A stretch of 26,019 nucleotides of DNA from Pseudobdellovibrionaceae bacterium (GCA_044359815.1 JBIKLL010000034.1:1-26019), one strand, 5' to 3'; counted from the stretch's first letter, positions 1 to 9,237 are shown. Program-made: numbers and translations. The notes: generated by a model from the letters alone, not told the origin.

Positions 1-165
1 TGTGTCATTTATATTAATCAGTTTTACGATTAATAAATTATCATAAACCTGATTAATATAAATGACACAACACCAGATATGCCATGCGCGCTCGCAAATG
101 TATTCTCAAGATGTAAAAATATAAAAATATTTTTGGATACAGTTTTTAAAATTTTCTTTTGCAGA
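1..165. repeat. Modular palindromic element, copy 1 (5' part outside the window)
   Basis: 21-bp perfect inverted repeat 1-21/49-69, followed by core half B' CAACACCAGATATGCCATGCGCGCTCGCAAAT (68-99) and GTATTC (100-105), as in the copies at 2814 and 13632. The right boundary is approximate because the partner arm is outside the window. Confidence 0.85.
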
Positions 166-175
166 TCTTGAGCGG

Positions 176-1132
176 CTAGATTATCGAGAGGCCGGCGGTG
201 ATGGCTTTTGAAAGCCAGCGTGCTGGCTTCAGGCTGCTGCGGTCTTGGGTCAGGTAACCCAGGTGTCCACCGTGGTTTTCGATGTGCAATAATATATTGG
301 GATTTGATTTAGCATTTAAATAAGGTTCCCAAGTAATAAATGGGTCATCCTTGGTTGTTACCAATATAGTGGGCACTTCGATCTGATCAAAGCTGTTATA
401 AGTTGAGCATTTGCGGTAATAATCTTCGGCACTTTTAAATCCACCCACAGGCGCTGTGTAGATTTGATCGATGTGATGCAGACGTGTAAAAAGTGGGAAC
501 TTAAAATCCTGATCAGTTAAAAGCTTGCGGTGTTTGATGTCCTGTTTGCACAGTCTAACAAATTCGTAATCGTAAATACGGTTTAATCCGGTGGTTAGTT
601 TTTTGCTGCATGAACTCAAATCCACTGGAGCATTGAAGGCCATGGCAAAATCCGGCTGATGTTGGCCACGGATTTTTGTTAACAAGGTCAGCAGTGCATT
701 AGCCCCTAACGAAAATCCCACAGCAAATATTTTTTTATGTGGCTGGTGCTGTCTTAAATAATAAATCACCTGACTGATGTCTTCGCCCCGACCTGAATGG
801 TAAGGATTTTTGGCAAGCCCCTTGCCCAATCCACAGCCGCGATGATTCACCAATAAAACCGAATGGTTTTTTTTAAGAGCTTCAATGGCCGTCATTTGCA
901 TGTAAATGGATTCAGCACTGCCAGTCAGGCCATGGAAGGCGACTGTGATAATCTGTGATGAACCCTGATAAAAATGCCCAACCAATGTATCGCCGTCGGG
1001 TAAGGGGATTTTAATAATTTCGCCCCGATTTTTTAGTTTTTCAGAAGGTAGAAAAAATCCTAACAGCGTTTGTTTGTGACCGCCATGAGCCCATAAAGGG
1101 GGATTGCAAGGTTCAATTGAAAGGCTTTGCAT
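176..1132 (-). CDS. YheT-family alpha/beta hydrolase
   Basis: Motifs GHKQT, HGLTGS, NHRGCG, nucleophile elbow GFSLG, acid DDPF and GGHLG His. Confidence 0.9.
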   Translation of the reverse strand: MQSLSIEPCNPPLWAHGGHKQTLLGFFLPSEKLKNRGEIIKIPLPDGDTLVGHFYQGSSQIITVAFHGLTGSAESIYMQMTAIEALKKNHSVLLVNHRGCGLGKGLAKNPYHSGRGEDISQVIYYLRQHQPHKKIFAVGFSLGANALLTLLTKIRGQHQPDFAMAFNAPVDLSSCSKKLTTGLNRIYDYEFVRLCKQDIKHRKLLTDQDFKFPLFTRLHHIDQIYTAPVGGFKSAEDYYRKCSTYNSFDQIEVPTILVTTKDDPFITWEPYLNAKSNPNILLHIENHGGHLGYLTQDRSSLKPARWLSKAITAGLSII

Positions 1133-1161
1133 TTTAATTTTTTAATGACTAAATTGCCCCT

Positions 1162-1836
1162 ATGTCTACAGCTAAAAATTATTGGGATAAAATACACAGT
1201 GAAAAACCAAATTCAGACGGACCCTCTGAATTATTAAAATCCATGCTGCCCAGGCTGCAAAAGGGCAAGGTCTTGGATATCGGTGCAGGGCTTGGCAGAA
1301 ATTCAGTTTATTTAGCTAAAAATGGATTTCAAGTCACTGCAGTTGATATTTCCACAGTGGCAATCAATCAGATCAATCAATTGGCGACACAGAACCAAGT
1401 TTCCATCGAATCCAAGGAAGTCGACATGGATTTTTTTATGATGGGTTTAATGACCTATGATTCGGTGGTGATGACAAATTTCAAACCACCGCTTCCCAGA
1501 TATTATAATGAAATCATCAGGGCACTAAAACAGGGTGGAACCTTGTTGGTTGAATCCATGATGGTGCAAGAACAACCTGAAGCTTTGGGTCCAGAGGACG
1601 CTTACAAAAATTATTATTTTAATTCTAACGAACTGATCAAAGATTTCGCAGGACTAAAGTTTTTGTATTATCACGAGACTCTGATTGACGGAAAGCATGT
1701 GGTTCAATTGTTAGCGCAAAAGCCATTGGATAAAGACGCTGCAAAGTATAATTTATTTGATATGAGCAGTGGATCGACAGAAAAACCCAAGGACCGTCAT
1801 CGCGAATTGGCCGAGAATCTGTTTAAAAAAAGCTAA
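1162..1836 (+). CDS. Class I SAM-dependent methyltransferase (TehB-like)
   Basis: SAM motif I VLDIGAGLGRN, VTAVDIS, and LKQGG post-motif. Confidence 0.85.
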   Translation: MSTAKNYWDKIHSEKPNSDGPSELLKSMLPRLQKGKVLDIGAGLGRNSVYLAKNGFQVTAVDISTVAINQINQLATQNQVSIESKEVDMDFFMMGLMTYDSVVMTNFKPPLPRYYNEIIRALKQGGTLLVESMMVQEQPEALGPEDAYKNYYFNSNELIKDFAGLKFLYYHETLIDGKHVVQLLAQKPLDKDAAKYNLFDMSSGSTEKPKDRHRELAENLFKKS

Positions 1837-1943
1837 AATTATTTTTACCATTCTGATTCATTGATGTCCCCAGTCATAGAGTTTTTCAGTCGCCTAGACC
1901 AAGGATCGGAAGATTTTAAGTCCTTAGAACCGATAGTAAATTA

Positions 1944-2856
1944 ATGAATTTTCGATCTACACACGTACGAACTGATATGTTTTTGAGTCTGCACACTATC
2001 GTGTCTGGCTTGATGATTTTGTTTGGTTTGGGATTTTTTTTGCATGGGGCAAAGCTGGCTGGGTCAATTATGTACCTGGATCTGATTTGCCTGTGTCCGT
2101 TAATTTATTATTTAGAATCTAAAAATCATAATTCCTTGGCCAGGTATTTATTTATCACCATGGCGCTGATTGGGGCCGCGGCTGGTAAAGTTGGTCTCAA
2201 GCAAGACGTTAACGGAGAATACTTTTTTATCTCGATTATGATGGCTCCGATTTTGATTTTTCACTACAAAGAAAAATTTCAGATTCTGATCGGAATGGCT
2301 CTACCGGTTTTAGTTTGGTCGGTGACTTTTGCAGAAATGATCCCAGTGTTTGATGATCATTGGTATCCGGTCAATTTTCCCTATCAATTATTTAACGGGT
2401 TAGATTTCTTGGGTGTCAGCATAGTGACTGGATTTTTTCTGTACCGATTTAATTCTGATCTGTCGTTGATGTCTGAAAATCTGGCGCAGGCAGCCTGCTG
2501 ATATTTCGCAGATGATCGAAGAAAGCATAGAACTGTGCAAAGAAAAAATTCGATTTAATTCTATTGATCTGCAGGTTGATTGTCCCATTGGTTTAAAAAT
2601 CGATTGCAGATCAGGACAGATTTCGCAGGTGATTTTGAATCTGATTGGCAATTCCATTGATGCCATTGAAAACAATGCAGACAAATGGATTAAAATCCAA
2701 GTTTCTAATGTGGCAGAACAGGTCCAAATCTGTGTCACAGACAGCGGTTTGGGAATCTCGGCAGAAATCGCCACAAAAATGCTGCAGCCATTTTTTACTA
2801 CCAAAGAAGTCGACCACTTTGTTTTTTTAAATATTTCTTTGTTTTATACCTTTTGA
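1944..2856 (+). pseudogene. Disrupted membrane sensor histidine kinase (TM sensor 1944-2501; HATPase_c fragment about 2491-2813)
   Basis: A multi-TM N-terminus ends NLAQA. The second frame has the N box QVILNLIGNSIDA, G1 box DSGLGI and F box PFFTTKEV. There is no HisKA H-box, and the G2 box is replaced by the palindromic element starting at 2814. Confidence 0.75.
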
Positions 2857-3198
2857 ATACCCGCTAACGGCCACAAGCTCATCTCTCGTATTGCATAAAT
2901 GCAAAAGTAATTTGTTTTTACTGTTTTTAGACACATTCAGCGAGCGCGCGGGGCATATCTGGTGTTGAGTCATTTAGATCAATCATTTTTATGATAATTT
3001 ATTAATCGTAAAAATGATTGATCTAAATGACTCAATACGAGAGATGAGCCCGCGGCCGTTAGCGAGTGTCTAAAAATAGTGAAAAAAATTACCTTTGTAT
3101 TTATGCAACACCAGATATGCGGCGGTAAATTAACCGTCGCGCTCGCTGGATGTATTCAAAAGGTATAAAACAAAGAAATATTTAAAAAAACAAAATGG
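2814..3198. repeat. Modular palindromic element, copy 2 (double, nested; two cores in opposite orientation)
   Basis: 43-bp perfect outer arms 2818-2860/3152-3194; A 2861-2893; imperfect ~43-bp arms 2891-2934/3066-3108; B 2935-2967; 27-bp perfect arms 2965-2991/3009-3035; A' 3033-3065; B' 3106-3151. Confidence 0.95.
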
Positions 3199-3207
3199 CA
3201 GATCTGA

Positions 3208-3642
3208 TTAGGAAGCTTTGATTCCCTGGTTCATCAAGACCTCCAGGATGTGGGCTCTTGTGACGATGCCATGCAGTTTGCCGCCACCATCTGTGACGTA
3301 AACTCGCTCGATGGGATTCATCAAAAACTTTTTATAGACATCGATAAACAAATCAGATTTTTTGACAGTGATCAGTTTTTCAGTGGGGATCAGTTTCTCC
3401 ATACATTGGCCAATTTTTTTATCAAACCCATATTGGACCACCAGTCTGAGCAAATTCCCCTGACTAATGACGCTCACGATTTTGTTTAAACTATCAACCA
3501 CAGGACCGCCAGAAATTTTTTTGTCCTTAAGGGTGTTGATGGCTTCTCGGATTGTCATTAGCTGGCTAACCGAAATGACCTCTGCATTCATAAAAGTCTC
3601 GACAGGTATTTTATTGATTTCGGCACTTAAAATATCGCTCAT
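3208..3642 (-). CDS. CBS-domain pair protein
   Basis: Two CBS repeats: VETFM..ISGGPVVD..IVSVIS and IERVYVTDGGGKLHGIVTR. Confidence 0.85.
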   Translation of the reverse strand: MSDILSAEINKIPVETFMNAEVISVSQLMTIREAINTLKDKKISGGPVVDSLNKIVSVISQGNLLRLVVQYGFDKKIGQCMEKLIPTEKLITVKKSDLFIDVYKKFLMNPIERVYVTDGGGKLHGIVTRAHILEVLMNQGIKAS

Positions 3643-3676
3643 GATAAATCCTTTTGATTAAGGGTCTAGATAATTC

Positions 3677-3703
3677 TTATCGGAATCTTAATAAATTTTA
3701 TGA
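3677..3703 (-). promoter_or_regulatory. Putative sigma28 (FliA) promoter of the CBS gene
   Basis: Minus strand reads TCAT-N15-TCCGATAA against the consensus TAAA-N15-GCCGATAA. Confidence 0.4.
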
Positions 3704-3871
3704 CCCAGAAATTTGTCAGGATTTCTTATGAAACTGTATCAAGAAAGCCCTCTGGACATTGGTGTGGCTGTAACAAATGTCAGTCGATTTGAGGGCTAAA
3801 TAAATTGATAATGGTGAAAGCGTACCAGTTTAAATCAAGGATTCGATGATCCCATCATCAGGAGATTTTTT

Positions 3872-4651
3872 TTGCGACTTTTGTTTTGTCTAAACCTGAT
3901 ACTGTTTTCAGCTATGGCGATGGCTGCAGAATGGGATCTGGAACAAGGCTGTCAATCAATGGGGACCTGCAACTGGGTCAACAATAAAGCCAACAGATTC
4001 AGATATGAATTCAATCGACCATTTACCAATCATGCTGACTGTTCCCTATCACAATTTATTGAAACCTACGGGAAGTTTCCTTGCCCAGGACAGATGACTT
4101 GGGTGTGCAGCACGAAATACCAAGTGAACTTTTGCATAGACACAAATTTGAGGGAAGACCTTTGGGGGAACCCTGACGGAAACTTTTCGCGCAATCGTTG
4201 TCAGAGTTTGTGCCAAAGCCAAGGCTACGATCTGCCCACCAATAATGAATGGTTGGTGGCAGCCAACGGCACCCAATTTAAAGACTGTGATATTAATATT
4301 CCCAATCCCTGTGCATCCGAAAATTATTCCAACGAATGTCTTAAGCGAAATTTTAATTACATTCCTGGGTCAGTGCTGCGGCCAAATTGTGTTTCAAACT
4401 TTGGAGTTCGCGATATGGTTGGTGTGTTGGGGCAGTGGGTCCTGGAAACCCATGAAGGCAATGGATGGAAATCTGCAAAACGATTTGATCAGGCACCAGC
4501 CCCCAGGGGGTTTTTTAATGGGGGATTGTGGCCGCAAAAGTATTCGACGGTGTTTTATCAGACCAGGGCCCACGGGATACATTATGGGGACTATTCTATT
4601 GGTTGCCGGTGTGCGAGTATGACCCGAATCAGTGCTGTTAGGGACAATTAG
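3872..4651 (+). CDS. Secreted Cys-rich FGE-sulfatase (SUMF1/CLec fold) domain protein
   Basis: Signal peptide and AGGAG SD. Motifs CQSQGYDLPTNNEWLVAA, NFGVRDMVGVLGQWV and SIGCRC correspond to the family motifs RLPTEAEWE, DMxGNVxEW and GFRC. Confidence 0.75.
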   Translation: MRLLFCLNLILFSAMAMAAEWDLEQGCQSMGTCNWVNNKANRFRYEFNRPFTNHADCSLSQFIETYGKFPCPGQMTWVCSTKYQVNFCIDTNLREDLWGNPDGNFSRNRCQSLCQSQGYDLPTNNEWLVAANGTQFKDCDINIPNPCASENYSNECLKRNFNYIPGSVLRPNCVSNFGVRDMVGVLGQWVLETHEGNGWKSAKRFDQAPAPRGFFNGGLWPQKYSTVFYQTRAHGIHYGDYSIGCRCASMTRISAVRDN

Positions 4652-4724
4652 TCACCAAAATTAATATACATTCTAAGTCTCAAAGCCCGATGTTAATATT
4701 TGGTTATACATACCGGAGGTATTT

Positions 4725-4928
4725 ATGAAAAAGAATGTTCATCCCATCGAAAGAATCATCAGAGTGGTAGTTGGTGTGGGTTTGATTTCAATGGCCTTTG
4801 TTGGCCCAGCAAATCCTTTATTTTTTTTAGGGGTTGTCCCATTGCTGACAGGTCTGATGGGCAGCTGTCCGGCTTATACGATTTTTGGCTTTAGTACCTG
4901 CAATTTGGGTAAAGCTAACACCAAGTAA
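4725..4928 (+). CDS. DUF2892 (YgaP-like) small membrane protein
   Basis: MKKNVHPIERIIR..G..LLTG...CPAYTIFGFSTC signature and a GGAGG SD. Confidence 0.9.
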   Translation: MKKNVHPIERIIRVVVGVGLISMAFVGPANPLFFLGVVPLLTGLMGSCPAYTIFGFSTCNLGKANTK

Positions 4929-4969
4929 TTGCTATTCTAAGTCTGAAATTATAGTGCTACTGTTTAAAC

Positions 4970-5251
4970 ATGAAAATTCACGTAGCTCATATTTTAGTGC
5001 AGCATAAGTACGAAGCCGAAGACCTGGTAAAAAAACTGAAATCAGGTCAGGCCTTTGAAACTTTGGCTCAGAAATATTCAGTTTGCCCCTCTGCAAAATC
5101 AGGGGGCGATTTAGGATGTGTCGAAGAGTCTCGTTTAGATCCAGATTTTTTAGAGACAGCCAAAGTCTTAAAAATAAAGGAAGTATCAAATCCAGTCAGA
5201 ACCCGGTTTGGTTATCATCTTATTAAGAAGCTATCTGATCCTGGATCTTGA
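4970..5251 (+). CDS. ppiC: Parvulin-type peptidyl-prolyl cis-trans isomerase
   Basis: Motifs HILV, FETLAQKYSVCPS..GGDLG and PVRTRFGYHLIK; single-domain, 93 aa. Confidence 0.9.
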   Translation: MKIHVAHILVQHKYEAEDLVKKLKSGQAFETLAQKYSVCPSAKSGGDLGCVEESRLDPDFLETAKVLKIKEVSNPVRTRFGYHLIKKLSDPGS

Positions 5252-5281
5252 ATAATCTGCAGATATTTCAGACAATAGGGT

Positions 5282-5755
5282 ATGAAAACCCTGAAGGTCG
5301 AAGTTCAGAAATTTGGAAACACTTGGATCTATCATTTTTTTGGTTATTTAAACGAAGACGCAAAAATCCCTTTGCTGGATGATTCTCAGGTATCAGATAT
5401 ACAATTGAATCTGGAAAAACTGTCGCGGATTAATTCAGTGGGAATCAGAACCTGGTTTAAGTTTACCAAATCCATCGGCCCCCAGGTGTCAGTGCAATTA
5501 AGCCAAGTCCCCAAAATTTTGATTTTACAAGCCAACACAGTCAGTGGATTTTTTCCTAAAAACAGCCGGATACAAACATTCGAAGTGCCCTTTATCTGCG
5601 AAAACTGTGATGTGTCTGAATCCCTGTATTTTACCCCCGAGCAAACCCAGAAGGGTGCAATCACGCCCCCAAAATGCCGTAAATGCAAAGCCGACATGGA
5701 ACTAGACGCCATTGCCGATATGTATTTTAGGTTTTTAGACAGTTTGGGTAAATAG
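5282..5755 (+). CDS. STAS/anti-sigma-antagonist-like protein with C-terminal CxxC..CxxC
   Basis: LNLEKLSRINSVGIRTW resembles the STAS phosphoserine loop; CENC and CRKC pairs. Confidence 0.65.
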   Translation: MKTLKVEVQKFGNTWIYHFFGYLNEDAKIPLLDDSQVSDIQLNLEKLSRINSVGIRTWFKFTKSIGPQVSVQLSQVPKILILQANTVSGFFPKNSRIQTFEVPFICENCDVSESLYFTPEQTQKGAITPPKCRKCKADMELDAIADMYFRFLDSLGK

Positions 5756-5867
5756 TCCTTACGGATTTTCTACATCCTAATATGGCCCTTATTGATTTAA
5801 TACAGCCTATCCCTGATAACAGTGATCGATAATTATTTTTGCTGTCAATAAACCCTTCGGAGCCTTT

Positions 5868-6293
5868 ATGAAATCATTTGTTGTTTTTGCCCTTACAGTT
5901 TTGGTTTCCGCCACAGTTTGGTCTGCGCAAAATAAATGTGTTCAGTTTAAACCCAATTTTTTACAATCAAAAAATATCAGAACTTTTATAATTGCGACTC
6001 CGGTAAAAACCTCGTCTAAAAAATCAGCCTTAGTTCGTTTGATCGTTCAGGATTCGGGTGTCCTGGATAATGATGGCTATGTTAATTGTGAACACGTAAA
6101 AACCAAATGGCATTGTTCGATTGATGATGACGGTGGAAATTTTGAATACAATTCTGCAACTCTTGAACTGACCACCAGTTATTTTGATGTTGGAAATATT
6201 GAATCAGATGCTGATGGTTCTATCGAAATACCAACTCACCAACCCTTTGTACTGCAGGGCAAGCGGATCCGCTGCCCCAAAGCAGACTTTTAG
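5868..6293 (+). CDS. Secreted hypothetical protein
   Basis: Signal peptide, GGAG SD and four Cys. Confidence 0.7.
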   Translation: MKSFVVFALTVLVSATVWSAQNKCVQFKPNFLQSKNIRTFIIATPVKTSSKKSALVRLIVQDSGVLDNDGYVNCEHVKTKWHCSIDDDGGNFEYNSATLELTTSYFDVGNIESDADGSIEIPTHQPFVLQGKRIRCPKADF

Positions 6294-6491
6294 TTTCTAC
6301 CATCTGATTAATTCACAAGTATTAAATTAGTTTTTAAAACCACTAGATCAGACCCTTTCCCAAAATTGACATCTATCTGTGATTTCTGTCAGGTCCTTTC
6401 GTTGTAAGGTTTTGTGACCAAGGATAACTTTGGTTTCAAGATTAAACACATAAACGAAGCTTAAATTACTAAGCTTCAAGAAAGGAAACTT

Positions 6492-6986
6492 ATGAAAAAT
6501 TTAATCGTTACACTAGCTACTGTTTTTGCTGCTTCTTCTGCTATGGCCGTTGATGGTCCGTTGTGGAGCTGCGACCTGAATGCGAAACTGACTGGTAAAG
6601 AAGTCGGTTTGGTATTGGCTACTAAATACCTGAAAGGACCAGGCACACTGTCATGCACAACAGTGGATGGATCCCGAGAAGCTAACATTCCTGTGAATGT
6701 TAAAATCAAAGGCTTGGGATTAGGCCTTGGTTATTCGGTGACTGAAGAAATTGACATGATCGCAATCGGTGTTGGATTAGTTAAAAACCCAATGGTTTTA
6801 GCTGACAAATACGCACTGGGTTTATCAGCAGGTGTCACCTTGATTTCTAAGGGCGTTGAAGCTGACGTTGCTTTTGCAGCTAGCGGCCGTGGCGGTTTGG
6901 GTTTTGAATTTGGTCTGATTGGCAAAGACGCAAAAGGTTTCTCGGCCAGCGTTCAAATCCAAAATATGCACATCACAGTTCGATAG
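6492..6986 (+). CDS. Secreted Gly-rich beta-strand hypothetical protein
   Basis: Signal peptide ending AMA, AAGGA SD, and a downstream terminator. Confidence 0.75.
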   Translation: MKNLIVTLATVFAASSAMAVDGPLWSCDLNAKLTGKEVGLVLATKYLKGPGTLSCTTVDGSREANIPVNVKIKGLGLGLGYSVTEEIDMIAIGVGLVKNPMVLADKYALGLSAGVTLISKGVEADVAFAASGRGGLGFEFGLIGKDAKGFSASVQIQNMHITVR

Positions 6987-7030
6987 GCTTTCTAAGCTTG
7001 AAATTTTGTTAGGGGAAGTTCTGTTTCGTC

Positions 7031-7062
7031 AAAAGCCCGGCTTTAAAAACCGGGCTTTTTTT
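7031..7062 (+). terminator. Rho-independent terminator (possibly bidirectional)
   Basis: AAAAGCCCGG-N9-CCGGGCTTTT with a T7 tail. Confidence 0.85.
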
Positions 7063-7119
7063 CCATTTTCAGGGGTGCTTTTAAATTTTGTATTGTGTGA
7101 ATTTCGATAAACACTTAGA

Positions 7120-7584
7120 TTGCGCCTTATGAACGCTCAATACATTCTGGGACAAAAAGTCAATTTAGTCATTTTACGCAAAACCGATTTAGGTTTTGTG
7201 GCAAAAATCAATCAGGTCGATGAAGGGCTTTTGTATCATTCGGAAATTTTTGAATTATTAAGACCTGGTCAGGAATGCCCAGGCTACATCAAAAAAATCC
7301 GCGAAGACGGAATGATTGATCTGCAGTTGCAACCCTTTGGCAGTCTGGGGGCCAAGGAACACGGGGTCAGGATTTTGTCAGAGCTGACCCGCCAGGGTGG
7401 GTTTTTACCGATCAATGACAAAACCTCGTCAGAAATAATCCATAAATTATTTGGCCTTAGCAAAAAGAAATACAAAATCGCTTTAGGTGGGCTTTATAAG
7501 GCCAAGCAGATCACAGTCAATTATGACGGGATCAGACTAGTGACAACACCTCATGACAAAAATGTTTACTGGAATTTAGATTAA
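7120..7584 (+). CDS. CvfB/YitL-like S1 plus winged-helix RNA-binding protein (short form)
   Basis: TDLGF..GLLY, GYIKKIREDG.IDL and FGLSKKKYKIALGGLYK match the CvfB C-terminal half. The start may be the ATG at 7129. Confidence 0.8.
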   Translation: MRLMNAQYILGQKVNLVILRKTDLGFVAKINQVDEGLLYHSEIFELLRPGQECPGYIKKIREDGMIDLQLQPFGSLGAKEHGVRILSELTRQGGFLPINDKTSSEIIHKLFGLSKKKYKIALGGLYKAKQITVNYDGIRLVTTPHDKNVYWNLD

Positions 7585-7665
7585 TTTTTTATTTCAAGGC
7601 CCTATCGGTCGAAAATAAAATTCTTAACTTTGATGAATGAAGTTCTAACATCCTAGAGCTTTTGT

Positions 7666-8190
7666 TTAAGCAGAAATCTCGCAGCATTTTTTAAATTTTT
7701 TGCCACTGCCACAGGGGCAGGGATCATTGCGGCCGACCTTGGGTGCAGCTCGAACCACTGTTTGTGGTTTTGCTTGATGGGGGTTTTCGCCCTCGTTGTG
7801 AGTGTGGGATTCGCCGTCCACAAAAACCCAATGGCCTTCATCATTTTTTTTAAACTGACTGACCTCGTGGTGATCTATTGTTTGGCTGTCGACTGTGTAG
7901 GTGGCAATAAATTCAACCATGCCTTTTGTGTCGCCAGATTGCCCGTTTTCAGTTTTTAAAATCTTAAGGCCCTTCCATTTTGATTTTTTGGCCCATCTGA
8001 GTGTGTCTGCAAAATCAAAATCGGATTGGGATTCGTGGGCCAAAGTGCTTTTTAAATATTTAACTTCGGTTTTAACAAAAGCCGTGTACCTGGAGCGCAT
8101 CAATTGTTCAGCGGTGGTTGGAAAGGCGCTTCCCATAATAAAGGGTTCGCAGCAGTTTTGATATTCTGATCCAGATCCGCATGGGCACAT
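7666..8190 (-). CDS. ychJ: YchJ (UPF0225) family protein with SEC-C motifs
   Basis: N-terminal [39 protein letters not shown], and C-terminal [20 protein letters not shown]. Confidence 0.9.
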   Translation of the reverse strand: MCPCGSGSEYQNCCEPFIMGSAFPTTAEQLMRSRYTAFVKTEVKYLKSTLAHESQSDFDFADTLRWAKKSKWKGLKILKTENGQSGDTKGMVEFIATYTVDSQTIDHHEVSQFKKNDEGHWVFVDGESHTHNEGENPHQAKPQTVVRAAPKVGRNDPCPCGSGKKFKKCCEISA

Positions 8191-8361
8191 ATAAAGTCCT
8201 TGGTTTTTATTTAATCAGCCAACTGGTTGACCTGATCCATGGAATCATAATCCCAGCCAAAGGTCCAGACCTTATGTTTAAGTCCCTAAAAACTCTGTCA
8301 ATTAAAGCCTGCATTCGTAAAATCAAAAGGGGTTCATTCAATACTTAAGCACGGAGGGACA

Positions 8362-9231
8362 ATGTCATTAGTTACAAAAATTTTAATAAGTGGATTTATT
8401 TTGTTAGCCAGCGGGCAAACTGAAATGCACAGATCAAATCACCATTGCCAGGGATTTATGCCAGAAAATGATTTGTGGATTGGTGTTGATGATAAAAATG
8501 CCGGCGGAGTTTCTGAACAACAATTTAACGATGTGCTCAATAAGCTAGAATCTATTTATAGTCCTATCATCCAAGCCAAAGGCGGCACACTGGTGATGAG
8601 CAAAAATTGGACTGACGGTACTGTGAATGCTTCGGCTTCGCGTTGGTGGAACAGTTGGTACGTCAATATGTTTGGTGGAATGGCCAGGCACCGGTTGATG
8701 ACGTCTGACAGTTTTGCAGTGGTTGCCTGTCATGAACTAGGTCATCATTTAGGTGGCATCCCAAAAATCAGCGGATGGATGAACAGTTGGGCATCGGTCG
8801 AGGGCGAGGCAGATTATTTTGCCACACTCAAATGTCTGAGAAAACTTTTTGCAGATGAAGACAATGAATCCGTTGTTAACAATATGGAAGTAAAACCCTT
8901 AGTCAAAGAATCCTGCGAACATCAACACACAGATCGGGCGTTGCAATTGATTTGCATCCGTTCAGCCATGGCATCTGAGCCTTTAGCACAACTGTTGGCC
9001 GAATTAAGAGGCGATGGAGTTCCTGATTTTTCAACACCAGATGGATCCAAAGCCAGCAGAACGGTGCAATCACATCCTCCGGCGCAGTGCCGATTGGATA
9101 CTTATTTTAACGCCAGTGTTTGCACAGCGGATTCAAATCAAGACCTTAGCGATTCAGAACTTTATGTGGGCGCTTGCAAATCAGATGTGCAACCCAGTGG
9201 TGCGCGACCACTGTGTTGGTTTGCACCTTAG
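8362..9231 (+). CDS. Secreted zinc metalloprotease-like protein (HEXXH)
   Basis: CHELGHH motif with downstream EGEADYFA and SHP (M48-like pattern); GGAGG SD; signal-like N-terminus. Confidence 0.75.
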   Translation: MSLVTKILISGFILLASGQTEMHRSNHHCQGFMPENDLWIGVDDKNAGGVSEQQFNDVLNKLESIYSPIIQAKGGTLVMSKNWTDGTVNASASRWWNSWYVNMFGGMARHRLMTSDSFAVVACHELGHHLGGIPKISGWMNSWASVEGEADYFATLKCLRKLFADEDNESVVNNMEVKPLVKESCEHQHTDRALQLICIRSAMASEPLAQLLAELRGDGVPDFSTPDGSKASRTVQSHPPAQCRLDTYFNASVCTADSNQDLSDSELYVGACKSDVQPSGARPLCWFAP

Positions 9232-9237
9232 ATTTAT

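Noticed and set aside
1910..1936. Sigma28 promoter before the kinase gene (ACCGATAG)
   Set aside because: The -10 is plausible but the -35 at 15-nt spacing (AAGA) does not match.
3040..3062. Hammerhead ribozyme resemblance (GAUGA-GCC-loop-GGC-CG..) in core half A'
   Set aside because: The essential CUGANGA reads GAGAUGA and GAAA reads GUUA, so it is not a canonical hammerhead.
2862..3064. Integron attC site (GCTAAC ... GTTAGC)
   Set aside because: The pairing exists only because of the nested inversion. Single units lack the GTTAGC partner, neighbouring genes are convergent rather than a co-oriented cassette array, and no integrase is present.
2814..3198. Simple rho-independent terminators or an assembly fold-back artefact
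   Set aside because: The stems are AT-rich and much longer than terminators. Asymmetric conserved cores, wobble-type mismatches and compensatory changes between copies are not expected from an artefact, though reads should still be checked.
4400..4651. DGR variable region in the FGE/CLec-fold gene
   Set aside because: No template repeat or reverse transcriptase in the window.
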